Notes under the pieces: generated by a model | Seen by the model: only the letters and a program-made list of their open reading frames with translations | What the model was told of the DNA's origin: nothing | Databases searched by the model: none | Source: Halarcobacter sp. | GTDB lineage: Bacteria; Campylobacterota; Campylobacteria; Campylobacterales; Arcobacteraceae | Assembly (NCBI GenBank): GCA_048571215.1 | Contig: CP182352.1 | Location: 1,568,001 to 1,632,000, forward strand | Length of the DNA: 64,000 nt | Direction of reading: 5' to 3' | Part shown: positions 29,521-40,377 of the stretch, in pieces | Layout of the letters: each line of letters begins with the position of its first letter | Position numbering within the stretch: position 1 is the stretch's first letter | Translations under genes and position numbers: made by a program

Positions 29521-30537
29521 TTATTTACTAAATACTAATATAAACTCCAATCCCTTATATCCCCCAATAATAAGCCAAAAAAACAAAATAGTAGCTAGAT
29601 AAAATGGTTTTGCTCCTACACTTTTAAACTTTGAAATATGGGTTTGTAAACCCAAAGCTAACATAGCCATAGTTAATAATAAAGTATCAAAATCATTTAT
29701 TATAAGCAAGCCCTCTTTTGGTATAAAACCAAATGAATTAAATATAATTACAACTATAAATAAAACAGCAAACCAAGGGATTACTACTTTACCTTTTTCC
29801 CCTTGAATCTTATTTTTAAAACCCACAAAAGTTAAAACTAATAAAAAAGGAGCAAGTAAGATTACACGAATCATTTTTTCAATAACTGCACTATTTGCAA
29901 CCTCGCCATTTATAGCATTTCCACCTGCAACCACATGGGCAACTTCATGTAGAGTTCCACCTAAATATATCCCAAAATTGTGTGCACTAATATCAAAAGT
30001 TCCCAAATGATATAAAAATGGATATAACAACATAGAAATAGTTCCAAATATTACAACAGTAGAAACAGCAACAGTACTTTTATAAGCTGGTGATTTCAAA
30101 ACAGATTCTGTAGCTAAAACAGCAGCTGCTCCACAAATTGAACTTCCAATACTAGTAAGTATTGTTATCTCTTTATCCATTTTAAGTATTTTTGTACCTA
30201 TGAAATAACCTATTACAAATGTACTTATAACTATAAATAAAGCAAATATCAACCCTTGGGCACCTACTTCTAAAAGATTTTGTAGAGTTAATCTAAACCC
30301 ATAAAGGATAATACCAAAACGTAAAACTCTTTTTGTACTAAAAGATATAGACTCATGTAAAAATTCCATATAACTATTTTTTAAAACATGGGTCAAAAAT
30401 GTACCCAAAAATATTGCAATAATCAAAGGACTAATACTTAAGTGTTTAACAACTTGAATATTAGCAATTACAATTGCAATTAAACTCAGTATAGTAATAA
30501 AACCAAGTCCAATTAGTAGTTTTTTATCTAATTTCAT
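29521..30537 (-). CDS. yeiH: YeiH family putative sulfate/sulfite exporter
   Basis: LRFGIILYGFRL, GSSICGAAAVLA, GGTLHEVAHVVA. Confidence 0.9.
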   Translation of the reverse strand: MKLDKKLLIGLGFITILSLIAIVIANIQVVKHLSISPLIIAIFLGTFLTHVLKNSYMEFLHESISFSTKRVLRFGIILYGFRLTLQNLLEVGAQGLIFALFIVISTFVIGYFIGTKILKMDKEITILTSIGSSICGAAAVLATESVLKSPAYKSTVAVSTVVIFGTISMLLYPFLYHLGTFDISAHNFGIYLGGTLHEVAHVVAGGNAINGEVANSAVIEKMIRVILLAPFLLVLTFVGFKNKIQGEKGKVVIPWFAVLFIVVIIFNSFGFIPKEGLLIINDFDTLLLTMAMLALGLQTHISKFKSVGAKPFYLATILFFWLIIGGYKGLEFILVFSK

Positions 30538-30637
30538 CTTAATCCTTATTGTTTTTGTTAAGTATAAACTTTTTTGTTTAATTTGTAAAATATATTAAAT
30601 TTAATATAATGATTAATATTTTAAATAAGGAACAAAT

Positions 30638-31531
30638 ATGACACTCAAAGAACTTCACTTTTTTTATAGTTTATGCGATAATCCTCAAGTAACTCAAGTA
30701 GCACAACAGTTAAATATTAGTCAATCAGCTATCTCTTTAGCAATTAAATCTTTAGAAGAAAAGTTAGGAGAATCACTATTTGACCGTTTAGGTAAAAAAC
30801 TTATTCTAAATGAGAGGGGAAGATATTTTAAGGAACAAACATACAAACACTATATAGCTATAAAAGATGCACAAACTATTTTCCAAACCAATAAACTAGC
30901 AGGAAGACTAAAAATAGCAGCAAGTAAAACCGTATCAAACTTTATAATGCCTGATATATATTTTGATTTTTTAAACCTTTATCCTGAAGTTTCTTTTGAT
31001 ATAGATTCTATAAATTCAACACATATTATAGATAAAGTTGTAAATGGAAATCTTGATATTGGGCTTATAGAAACCAATTCAAGTCATTCAAATATCATTA
31101 AAAAACATCTATGTGAAGATGAATTAATAGTTGTAACAAGTGATAAAAACTGCCCTAAAAAAGCCTATATAGATACTATAAATAAACAATGGATTCTAAG
31201 GGAAACAGGATCAGGAACAAGAGAAATATTTATAGATAGATTAGGAACACTAGCAAATGAAATAGATATTTTTATGGAATTACATAGTTTTCAAGAGATA
31301 AAAACAATAGTTTTAAATAATCCAAATACAATAACAGCCATATCCAAAGTGGCAGTAGAAAATGAGCTTAAAAACAAACAACTTTTTGAAATAAAACTTA
31401 TCAATATAGATTTTAAACGAGATTTTTCTTTGATTTATCATAAAAACAAATCACATAATTTATTGTTTGACACCTTTGTTAAATTTATACTAAATAAATT
31501 AAATAATAAAAAGATAAGTTTTCTATGCTAA
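30638..31531 (+). CDS. LysR regulator (YeiE/CysL-like), divergent from yeiH
   Basis: SQSAISLAIKSLE..LFDR; WILRETGSGTRE. Confidence 0.88.
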   Translation: MTLKELHFFYSLCDNPQVTQVAQQLNISQSAISLAIKSLEEKLGESLFDRLGKKLILNERGRYFKEQTYKHYIAIKDAQTIFQTNKLAGRLKIAASKTVSNFIMPDIYFDFLNLYPEVSFDIDSINSTHIIDKVVNGNLDIGLIETNSSHSNIIKKHLCEDELIVVTSDKNCPKKAYIDTINKQWILRETGSGTREIFIDRLGTLANEIDIFMELHSFQEIKTIVLNNPNTITAISKVAVENELKNKQLFEIKLINIDFKRDFSLIYHKNKSHNLLFDTFVKFILNKLNNKKISFLC

Positions 31532-31558
31532 AATAAATGGAGAAAAAAGGAATACATA

Positions 31559-32407
31559 ATGAAAATAAAAATATTACTTATAACTTTATTATTATCTTAT
31601 ATCTCTTTAAATGCTGATGATTTAAGATTACAGATTGACCAGCTTTCAAATAATACAAATCACAAAATTATAGATGTTAGAAAAAAAGAGCTTTATCTTG
31701 AAGGTCATATTAAAAATGCTTTAAACTTTCCCATAGATCTAAGCTATGATAATAAAAAAACAAGTGGTAAATTAGTTGAACTAAATAAAATGCAAAAAAT
31801 TTTAAGAGATCTTGGACTTGATACAAATGATAAAATTGTGATTTATGATGATGGCAATTTTTTTGATGCTGCTAGACTTTTTTGGGCTTTAGAAGTATAT
31901 GGCTTCAAGGATGTAAAACTTCTAAATGGTGGCTTTGATGAATGGGAAACCCTAGGTTTACCCGTATCAAAAGATGTAGTAACTCCCTCAAAGAGTAAAT
32001 ATATAGCTTCAATAGATAATAAAAAACTAGCAACAAAATTTCTAACTCATATAGCTACAAAAAGTCCTTCTAAAATAATAATAGATGCTAGAATTAACAA
32101 TGCCTACATAGGAAAAGAATCAAAAGCAAAAAGATTTGGACACATTCCAAAAGCAATAAATATACCTGCAGATCATAATATCACTACAAATGGTATTCCT
32201 AAATTAAAGGATATAAAAGAGCTTGAAAAAACCTATAAAAATCTTGATAAAAATAAAAATATAATTATATACTGTACTATAGGTAGAGTATCTGCATCAA
32301 ATTATTTTGCACTTAGGCAACTTGGTTATAATGTTTCTAACTATGATGCTTCTTGGAAAGAGTGGGGAAATGATTTTGACCTACCAATAGTAAAAATATT
32401 AGAATAA
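31559..32407 (+). CDS. Exported tandem-domain rhodanese/sulfurtransferase
   Basis: Signal peptide, GHIKNA, AARLFW, GHIPKA, YCTIGRVS active loop, YDASWKEW. Confidence 0.88.
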   Translation: MKIKILLITLLLSYISLNADDLRLQIDQLSNNTNHKIIDVRKKELYLEGHIKNALNFPIDLSYDNKKTSGKLVELNKMQKILRDLGLDTNDKIVIYDDGNFFDAARLFWALEVYGFKDVKLLNGGFDEWETLGLPVSKDVVTPSKSKYIASIDNKKLATKFLTHIATKSPSKIIIDARINNAYIGKESKAKRFGHIPKAINIPADHNITTNGIPKLKDIKELEKTYKNLDKNKNIIIYCTIGRVSASNYFALRQLGYNVSNYDASWKEWGNDFDLPIVKILE

Positions 32408-32415
32408 TAATTTTT

Positions 32416-34404
32416 ATGTGGAATAAATTTAGTATAAAAATTCAACTAACAGTTTTTATGGTTGTGATTATTAGTGTAGTTGAATTATCAACATTATACT
32501 TTGTATATCAATATCAAAAAGAAGAGATAAAAGAAAATTCTCTTTTAGAGATTGATACTATTACAAAATCTTTTAATAACGATCTAATAGAAGTAATTTT
32601 AAATCCAAATGCAGATATGGTTTCAGACATAACCTATAGACTTACTGCATTTAAGGAAATAGAAGGTTTACTTCTACTAGATGGGGATAAAAATAGTATT
32701 TTTAAATACTCAAATATAGATAAAATAAAAGATATGCAGGAAATAATTTTTTCAAAAAATAGTATTTTTTTAAAAAATCAACTTTTGATTAAAAAACTAA
32801 TCATAGCTGAAAACTATACCTTTGGTTATGCTCTTTTTAATATTGATCTAGGTACTTATAAGGAAAAGCAATTAGACACTATTTATACTATTTTGTCTAT
32901 TTTCCCTTTTGCCTTAATCTTTGGTTTAATTCTTAGTTGGTTTTTAAGTAGAAGTTACACAAAACCTTTTATTAAACTTATAGATGCTATGAAAAAAAGT
33001 GATCCAACTAGTGACAAAATCACTAAGGTTGAAACCACTGCAAATAATGAAATAAAAGAGTTATTTGATGGATTCAATACCCAAATGAACCAAATAGTAA
33101 GCTCTTCAAATAAACTACAATTTCAAGCTACCCATGACCAATTAACAAATATTTTTAATAGATTTCATATGGAAAATATAATAAATAATTCTTTGAAAAA
33201 ACAAAATAAATATGGATATAACCTTCTATATTTAGACCTTGACCAATTTAAACTTATAAATGACCAAGCAGGTTATCAAGCAGGAGATGAGCTCTTAAAA
33301 ATGGTTGTATTACACTACCAAAATATTTTACCATCAAATGCAATTTTTGCAAGGGTAGATGGAAATGGTTTCATGGTTTTACTTGAAAACTGTTCTTTTG
33401 AAGATGGAAAAATCTTTTTGCAAAAAAGTTTAGAAAAGCTGCAAGATTTTAGATTTTCACACAATAACGAAACATTTAGTGTATCAGCGTCCATCTCTCT
33501 TATATATTTTAAAGCTTTTGAATATACTGTAAAAGAGCTTCTAAAAGCTAGTTCAGTAGCACTTTTCACTGCCAAAGCAAAAGGTAGAAACAAATCCCAT
33601 ATCTATGATAAAGGGGATGAAACTCTAAAAAGAATATCTTTAGAACAACAAAGTGCAAAACTTATAAAAGAAGCCTTAAAAGATGGACCAAGCAAATTTG
33701 AACTTTTTGCACAAGATATAGTACCACTGCAAACTAAGAGTGATAAGATTAGTTATGAGATACTTATTAGAATGTGGGATCAAGATAACAATTTTATCCC
33801 TCCAAATGACTTTTTGCCAGCAGCTGAGAGATATCAACTTATGAGTGAAATTGATGTATATGTTCTTTGGACATATTTAGAAACTGTTACTAAAGATAAA
33901 AAACATATTGAAAAACTTCATTCAGCTCATATAAATCTTGCTGGTTCTAGTTTAAATAACCCAGATTTTCAAGCAAAAGTAAAAGAGGCAATTGAGCATT
34001 TTGATTTTCCTTGGGAAAAACTTGAACTAGAAATCACAGAGAGTTCTGCAATAGGAAGTTTTAATATGGCAAATGAGTTTATCTCATGGCTAAAAGATAA
34101 AAAAATCGGACTTGCACTTGATGATTTTGGAACAGGTATGGCTTCTTTTGAATACTTAAAAAGTATGCCTTTTGATGTTGTAAAAATAGATGGTAGTTTT
34201 GTAAAAGATATGCATAATGATCCTACTGATAAAGCTGTTATAAAATATATTCAAGAGATAGCAACACTAAAAAACCAAGAAACAGTTGCAGAATATGTTG
34301 AAACAAAAGAGGATGTTGAAGAGTTAACTAAAATAGGTGTTACTTATGGACAAGGATATTACTTAGGTAAGCCAAGAGCACTTAGTAGCTGGCTTAGTAA
34401 GTAA
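32416..34404 (+). CDS. Membrane GGDEF(degenerate)-EAL c-di-GMP phosphodiesterase
   Basis: 2 TM + HAMP-like linker; DGNGF instead of GGDEF; EIL, EITES, DDFGTG, KIDG, QGY intact. Confidence 0.88.
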   Translation: MWNKFSIKIQLTVFMVVIISVVELSTLYFVYQYQKEEIKENSLLEIDTITKSFNNDLIEVILNPNADMVSDITYRLTAFKEIEGLLLLDGDKNSIFKYSNIDKIKDMQEIIFSKNSIFLKNQLLIKKLIIAENYTFGYALFNIDLGTYKEKQLDTIYTILSIFPFALIFGLILSWFLSRSYTKPFIKLIDAMKKSDPTSDKITKVETTANNEIKELFDGFNTQMNQIVSSSNKLQFQATHDQLTNIFNRFHMENIINNSLKKQNKYGYNLLYLDLDQFKLINDQAGYQAGDELLKMVVLHYQNILPSNAIFARVDGNGFMVLLENCSFEDGKIFLQKSLEKLQDFRFSHNNETFSVSASISLIYFKAFEYTVKELLKASSVALFTAKAKGRNKSHIYDKGDETLKRISLEQQSAKLIKEALKDGPSKFELFAQDIVPLQTKSDKISYEILIRMWDQDNNFIPPNDFLPAAERYQLMSEIDVYVLWTYLETVTKDKKHIEKLHSAHINLAGSSLNNPDFQAKVKEAIEHFDFPWEKLELEITESSAIGSFNMANEFISWLKDKKIGLALDDFGTGMASFEYLKSMPFDVVKIDGSFVKDMHNDPTDKAVIKYIQEIATLKNQETVAEYVETKEDVEELTKIGVTYGQGYYLGKPRALSSWLSK

Positions 34405-34420
34405 ATAAACTTATTCAAGT

Positions 34421-35302
34421 CTACTCTTTAGTCAAAAGAATAATAGTTGCAATTGTAGAGATAACAATACCAGCTAAAACCTTTAAACCAATAAACTCAC
34501 CTTCAAAAATAAAAAGTAAAAATGCAATAGCAGCTGGGTTTAGATAAACATAAGCCATAACCTTTTTGGGACCTATACTTATAGCTGCTTGTTGATATAA
34601 ATAAACAGTAAGTAAAGTTGCTCCTATTATCAAATAAAGCATATAATAAAACAAACTACCACTTAGTTTTTCCCATTGTAAAGATATATCCATAATACCA
34701 ACAGCCAAGCCCATCCAAATAATTCCGCTAGTGATAGTGCAATATACTAAAACAATTAACTCATCATCATCTCTGTGTAAAAGCTTTGTACTAATAGAAT
34801 ATAAAGCCATAGAAACAATTGCAAAAAGAAATATAATATCACCTTGGCTTAGTGAAAACTTCAAAAAAAGTTGCAAATCACCTTTAAACACTACAATGCA
34901 AGTTCCAATAATCCCCACAAGATAAGTAATCAACTGAACAAACCCGATCTTTTGTTTTAATAAAAAGATTGCAAAAACTGCAGTAAGAAGAGGAACTAAA
35001 GTGAAAAGTGTACCTGTATTAAGTGCTGTAGTACTCTCTAAAGCCTTAAAAAGTCCAATAAAATACAAAGAGTAAAAAAGCCCTATTATTAAACCTCTTG
35101 GAAATGTCTTTAAAACCTTGTTTCGGTAATTTTTATTAAAAAAAATCACTGGTGCTAAAATAAGTGAAGCAAAAACAAAACGACATAAAGTAAGGGAGAT
35201 GGGATCAATAACTCCTGATAACTTTTGCGAAGCGATAAAGGAACCAGCTATTAAAAATGTAGCTAATACTACTAAAAAATGTGCTTTTATATGTGAAGTC
35301 AA
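34421..35302 (-). CDS. DMT/EamA family transporter
   Basis: ~10 TM segments, AYVYLNP. Confidence 0.85.
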   Translation of the reverse strand: MTSHIKAHFLVVLATFLIAGSFIASQKLSGVIDPISLTLCRFVFASLILAPVIFFNKNYRNKVLKTFPRGLIIGLFYSLYFIGLFKALESTTALNTGTLFTLVPLLTAVFAIFLLKQKIGFVQLITYLVGIIGTCIVVFKGDLQLFLKFSLSQGDIIFLFAIVSMALYSISTKLLHRDDDELIVLVYCTITSGIIWMGLAVGIMDISLQWEKLSGSLFYYMLYLIIGATLLTVYLYQQAAISIGPKKVMAYVYLNPAAIAFLLFIFEGEFIGLKVLAGIVISTIATIILLTKE

Positions 35303-35604
35303 AAAAATCCTTTAGAAAATATTTTAGTATTCTAATAAAAAAAATTTAATTAATCCTTTACATATGTTGATTTAATTTTTAAATTCAGATAGACTCATCC
35401 AATAAACGCGTATTTTACTACTCAAAACTCGCTTCTTAGGTTTGATACCCCGTTACTTATATGAAATTAAATTTTCATATATCTGAAACAGAGCAAAATA
35501 AAATAAACAGACCAATCTTCGAAACTAAAAATTCGTCCACCAAGTCATATTTATTAAGTTTTTCATAAAAGGAAATTTAGATATGAACACATTTAAAAAT
35601 GTAA

Positions 35605-36168
35605 ATGCCTGAATTTATAATTGAATACCCCTATATATTAGCGCTATTTATCTTTTTAGCCAGAGTTGCCGATGTATCTTTAGGAACATTTCGTACTATA
35701 GTTATATTTCGTGGATATAAACTACTTGCATCTTTAATTGGTTTTTTTGAAATCATCATTTGGTTAATAGCTGCTGGTCAAGTTTTCAAAAATCTTGATC
35801 AATGGCATCTTGCCCTTTCATATTCAGCAGGTTTTGCAACAGGAATATACGTTGGAATGTGGATTGAGAATCGTTTTGCAATAGGTAATGAACTTATTCG
35901 TTGCATCTCATTCAATCGTGATATCTTGGCAAAAAAGATAAGAGATGAAGGCTTTAAAGTAGTTTCACTGGATGGAGATATGGGTAAAGATACAGCAGTT
36001 GAAGTTCTATTTATCGTTGAAAAAAGACGTAATATACCAGCACTTATTCGATTGATCAATAATCTTGACCAAAAAGCAGTCTATACTGTATCTGATTTAA
36101 AAAGTGTTTATGATGGTCCAGAATATATAAGCAAAAAAAGTTTTTGGAATATGAGAAGGACTAAATAA
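35605..36168 (+). CDS. DUF2179/UPF0316-like membrane protein
   Basis: ARVADVSLGTFR, GFFEIIIW, GFATGIYVG. Confidence 0.75.
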   Translation: MPEFIIEYPYILALFIFLARVADVSLGTFRTIVIFRGYKLLASLIGFFEIIIWLIAAGQVFKNLDQWHLALSYSAGFATGIYVGMWIENRFAIGNELIRCISFNRDILAKKIRDEGFKVVSLDGDMGKDTAVEVLFIVEKRRNIPALIRLINNLDQKAVYTVSDLKSVYDGPEYISKKSFWNMRRTK

Positions 36169-36194
36169 TGATTCAATTAAAAGGAAATCAAACC

Positions 36195-37373
36195 ATGCAT
36201 AAGTTAAAAGTAGGAGTTATTGGAACTTCAAAGAAAGTAGATGAGAAAAGGCTTCCAATACACCCCAAACATTTAGATCGTATTCCAAAAGAATTAAGAG
36301 AACAACTCATATTTGAAGAGGGTTATGGCTCACCCTTTGGTATTTCAGATGAAGAGATTGCAGCACAAACTGGTGGAATCGACACACGACATAATCTATT
36401 AGCAAATATAGGCACTGTTATTATTAATAAGCCTGTATTATCTGATTTAGAGGAACTAAAAGTTGGGGGAACACTTTGGGGATATGTACATTGTGTACAA
36501 CAAGAAGAGATAACCCAAATAGCAATTAAACGTAAACAAACACTTATTGCTTTTGAAGATATGTTTGTTTGGTCACCAGAAGGACAAATTGGTCGTCATA
36601 CCTTTTATAAAAACAATGAAATGGCTGGATATTGTGCTGTAATACATGCCTTACAACTAAAAGGGATAGATGGACACTATGGAAACCAAAGAAAAATACT
36701 TATTTTTGGTTTTGGTGCAGTTAGTCGTGGTGCAATTTATGCTCTAAAAGCCCATGGTTTTAGAGATATTACTATTTGTATTCAACGACCAGACCATGAG
36801 GTTAGAGAAGAGGTACTTGATTGTCATTATGTAAGAGTTCAAAAAGGAGAGAATAAACAAGCAAGGATGGTAGTAATAGAACATGATGGCTCAATACATC
36901 CACTCTCAGAACTTATTAGCAAAGCAGATATTATTGTAAATGGAGTTTTTCAAGATACACAAAACCCTACAGATTTTATCATAAAAGGAGAAAGCTCTTT
37001 TCTTAGACCTGATAGTTTAATCATAGATATCAGTTGTGATGAAGGGATGGGATTCTTTTTTTCAAAACCCACAACATTTAAAAACCCTATGTTTAAACAT
37101 AAGAGTATAGATTATTATGCTGTTGATCATACACCAAGTTATCTTTGGGAGAGTGCAACCCGCTCAATTTCAGCTGCATTGATTGTATATTTGCCAACGG
37201 TATTAGCAGGTCCTGAAGCTTGGAATAAAGATGAAACTATTAGACAAGCTATAAATATTGATTTGGGTGTTATTTTAAATAAATCTATTTTAACATTTCA
37301 AAACCGTGATGAAAAGTATCCTCATAAATGTTTTACAATAGAAGAAAATGCTGTTGTAAACCATATCGCCTAA
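36195..37373 (+). CDS. N5-(carboxyethyl)ornithine synthase-like / AlaDh-PNT family dehydrogenase
   Basis: EKRLPIHP, FEEGYG, FYKNNEMAGYCAV, GFGAVSRG, YAVDHTPS; RBS AAGGA at 36181 favours ATG 36195. Confidence 0.78.
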   Translation: MHKLKVGVIGTSKKVDEKRLPIHPKHLDRIPKELREQLIFEEGYGSPFGISDEEIAAQTGGIDTRHNLLANIGTVIINKPVLSDLEELKVGGTLWGYVHCVQQEEITQIAIKRKQTLIAFEDMFVWSPEGQIGRHTFYKNNEMAGYCAVIHALQLKGIDGHYGNQRKILIFGFGAVSRGAIYALKAHGFRDITICIQRPDHEVREEVLDCHYVRVQKGENKQARMVVIEHDGSIHPLSELISKADIIVNGVFQDTQNPTDFIIKGESSFLRPDSLIIDISCDEGMGFFFSKPTTFKNPMFKHKSIDYYAVDHTPSYLWESATRSISAALIVYLPTVLAGPEAWNKDETIRQAINIDLGVILNKSILTFQNRDEKYPHKCFTIEENAVVNHIA

Positions 37374-37388
37374 ACAAAAAAAGATAGT

Positions 37389-37988
37389 TTAAACTATCTT
37401 TTTTCTGATTCTACTTAATTGAGTAGGAGTTATACCTAAATGATTAGCTATGTGATGTAAAGCTATTCTTTTTTCTATATTTGGATTATTTTTTAAAAAA
37501 TTTTTATATCTAGTTTGTGCATCATCAAGGATTATTGATATTTCATTTTTTTCTTTTACAATTACCCAGTTTTTTTCCAAATAGTTTATATAGAAATTTT
37601 TAAATTCATCATTTTTATCTACTAGCACTTTATAGGCTTTGAAATCTATAAAAATAAGTATACAATCCTCTAAAGCATCAATACTAAGATAAGAATCCTC
37701 ATTTGTAAGTAAAGAAACCTTTGAAGCTGAAAAATAGTTTTCACTAAATAGATTTTTAGTATAAATAGCGCCCTCTTCGTTTAAAAAATAGGTTCTTAAA
37801 ATACCTTTACAAATAAAATATATATATTTTGCTGGGGAATAAACATCTTGTAAAACTTCCCCTTTTTTTACCTTTTTTATAAAACAAATATCTTTAAAAG
37901 CTAAAAAAGCCTCATCACTAAAATCATGATACTCTTTACATACAACTCTTAGTTGATTATAATAAAACTCTTCATCTATATTATTCAT
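37389..37988 (-). CDS. Crp/Fnr family regulator
   Basis: cNMP-binding beta-roll (KGILRTYF), IANHLGITPTQLSRIR. Confidence 0.88.
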   Translation of the reverse strand: MNNIDEEFYYNQLRVVCKEYHDFSDEAFLAFKDICFIKKVKKGEVLQDVYSPAKYIYFICKGILRTYFLNEEGAIYTKNLFSENYFSASKVSLLTNEDSYLSIDALEDCILIFIDFKAYKVLVDKNDEFKNFYINYLEKNWVIVKEKNEISIILDDAQTRYKNFLKNNPNIEKRIALHHIANHLGITPTQLSRIRKKIV

Positions 37989-38043
37989 TGTTTACTCATG
38001 TGATTTTTTATTTAATACTACGCAAGTTTTACTAAATATAAAA

Positions 38044-40374
38044 CTATTCTAGGGTAGCTATTTCTACTTTTATTTTTCTAGAACTACTTAAACCTTTTTC
38101 ATCAACTACTCTTACTACAAACTCTCCAAGTCTTGGTTTCCAAAAGAAAGGTTTGTTTGATTGGCTAGTACCTACAAAAGATTTATTTACATACCAAAAC
38201 GCCTTATAGGAATCCCCATCTAAAATAGCTGTAAAAGGGATTGTAGTATTTTCTATTTTATCAAGTTCAAGTGTGTATATTAAGCCCTCTGTAGGTGATT
38301 TAATAATTGGTTCTAAACTTTTTTGAGTGTTTTTTGTACATCCACTTTCATATGGAGGTGGACTTATTTTTTCTATTCCAGCCATTTGAAAAATCTCTTT
38401 TATATCACTTGGCCAAAACTCAAAAACTTTCATTTTTGTTTTTCCTTTTTCTGCCTTGCAAGCCCTTAGACCTGATTTTATATTTATTGGAATTTCCCTA
38501 TAAACATTTGAAACTTTTATGGGTGATACTCCTGGAATAAACCAAGACTTTTTAACTTTTGGGCATAATTTACTAGGAAGAGTTCCTGTACTAGAACAAA
38601 TATCTACTTTTTTTATATTAAGTTTTTCAGGGGACTTATCATTTTCAAACACATCTTTTTCATCTAATGCTTTCATTATATTAAAAAACAATGGGGCTGC
38701 AACTTCACGTCCAATAAAGTTTGCATTTGAACTTCCATCAAAATTCCCTATCCATACAACTAAGATGTGTTTATTTCCAAGTCCTACACTTAAAGCATCC
38801 CTATAGGCAAATGATGTTCCAGTTTTCCAAGCATACTTTTGCTCTTTTTTGTGTAATCCAATAAAATCTATTTTATTTACTGCTGGATTTTGGCGAAGCA
38901 TATCAAGGGTTAAGTATGAACTCTCCTTTGAAAGTAGTCTTTTTTTTGTTTGGTTTTTATCATCTTTTACCATTTTGATGTCTTTTAACTCTCCCCCATT
39001 TGCTAAAATACCATAAAGCTTTCCTAACTCAAGTAGTGTAGTTTCCATTCCACCAAGAGCAATAGACATTCCATAATGGGAAGATTCTTTCATCTTTGAT
39101 ATTCCTGCATTTTGTAAAAAGCTATAAAAACTTGGATTTTGAAGTTTTGAAGCTAAACGAACTGCTGGTACATTTCTACTAGTTATAAGTGCCTTTGTTG
39201 CACTAATAGGTCCTAAAAAAACACGATCATAGTTTTCAGGAGTATAGGCTCTTAGATGCAAAGGTGTGTCTTTTAATAAACTATTTGGATGAATAAGACT
39301 TTGATCCATAGCTTGGGCATAAACAAATGGTTTAAGGGTTGAACCTGGTGAACGTTTAGCTGTTACTCCATCAACTTGACCAGATATCTCTTTATTGTAA
39401 AAATCAGCTGATCCAAGCCAAGCTTTGACCTCCATACTATTTTTATCAAGAAGAAGAACAGCAGCGTTTAAAAGCCCTTTTGTTTTATTTTTATTTATCC
39501 ACTTTTTTACCTCTTTTTCAATGATATTTTGTTTATTCATATCTAAAGTTGTTTCAATCACTCCAGATTTAAATCTATCTGCTTCAAGATAATCTATAAA
39601 GTGAGCAGCATAAAAAGGGGTATCATCTCTTGTATATATATTTAAAGCTAGATTCATCCAAATATCACTATTTTCCCTCTCTTTTTTGGTTAATCTCTCT
39701 TTATAAATCTCATATAAATCATCTCTTGCCTTAATCATATTTTTATAGCTACTTTTATTTAGTGGATTTCTTTTTGTGGGATTTTGTGGAATAACAACAA
39801 GGCTTAAAGCTTGTGGAATATTAAGTTGGGATGCTTTTTTATGAAAATAAACTTGACTTGCTGCTTCAATACCTTCAATATTTGCCCCATAAGAAACACT
39901 ATTAAAATAAAACTCTAAAATTTCTTGTTTTGTATAATGATGCTCTAACCATAAAGCATAAAATATCTGTTGTATTTTTCCTGATAACTTATAAGATTGT
40001 AAATTAAAAGCTACCTTTGCAACTTGCATTGTAATAGTTGATGCACCAATACGTCTCTCTTTTGTAATATAAGTTGAAACAAAAGCACGCCAAAGTGCAG
40101 CAAAATTTACTCCAGGATGGGAATAAAAATACTTATCTTCATATAAAAGAGTTGCATCGATTACATGCTTTGATATACTCTTATAAGGGATCCACAATCG
40201 ATACTTTTCATCATCTGAAAGGGTAAGTCTTAGAACCTTACCATTAGCATCTTTGTAAAGTGTTGAGTAAGTATGCCAAGATAGTATTTTTTTATCAGGA
40301 TTTTGGCTAAATTTATATATAAAATATCCTCCAAAAAAAAGGAGGATAAAGAGCGATAAAATTAGTTTTTTCAA
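38044..40374 (-). CDS. pbpC: Penicillin-binding protein 1C
   Basis: EDKYFYSHPG, GASTITMQ transglycosylase motifs; STLK, SRN, KTG transpeptidase motifs; adjacent to a2M. Confidence 0.93.
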   Translation of the reverse strand: MKKLILSLFILLFFGGYFIYKFSQNPDKKILSWHTYSTLYKDANGKVLRLTLSDDEKYRLWIPYKSISKHVIDATLLYEDKYFYSHPGVNFAALWRAFVSTYITKERRIGASTITMQVAKVAFNLQSYKLSGKIQQIFYALWLEHHYTKQEILEFYFNSVSYGANIEGIEAASQVYFHKKASQLNIPQALSLVVIPQNPTKRNPLNKSSYKNMIKARDDLYEIYKERLTKKERENSDIWMNLALNIYTRDDTPFYAAHFIDYLEADRFKSGVIETTLDMNKQNIIEKEVKKWINKNKTKGLLNAAVLLLDKNSMEVKAWLGSADFYNKEISGQVDGVTAKRSPGSTLKPFVYAQAMDQSLIHPNSLLKDTPLHLRAYTPENYDRVFLGPISATKALITSRNVPAVRLASKLQNPSFYSFLQNAGISKMKESSHYGMSIALGGMETTLLELGKLYGILANGGELKDIKMVKDDKNQTKKRLLSKESSYLTLDMLRQNPAVNKIDFIGLHKKEQKYAWKTGTSFAYRDALSVGLGNKHILVVWIGNFDGSSNANFIGREVAAPLFFNIMKALDEKDVFENDKSPEKLNIKKVDICSSTGTLPSKLCPKVKKSWFIPGVSPIKVSNVYREIPINIKSGLRACKAEKGKTKMKVFEFWPSDIKEIFQMAGIEKISPPPYESGCTKNTQKSLEPIIKSPTEGLIYTLELDKIENTTIPFTAILDGDSYKAFWYVNKSFVGTSQSNKPFFWKPRLGEFVVRVVDEKGLSSSRKIKVEIATLE

Positions 40375-40377
40375 ATA

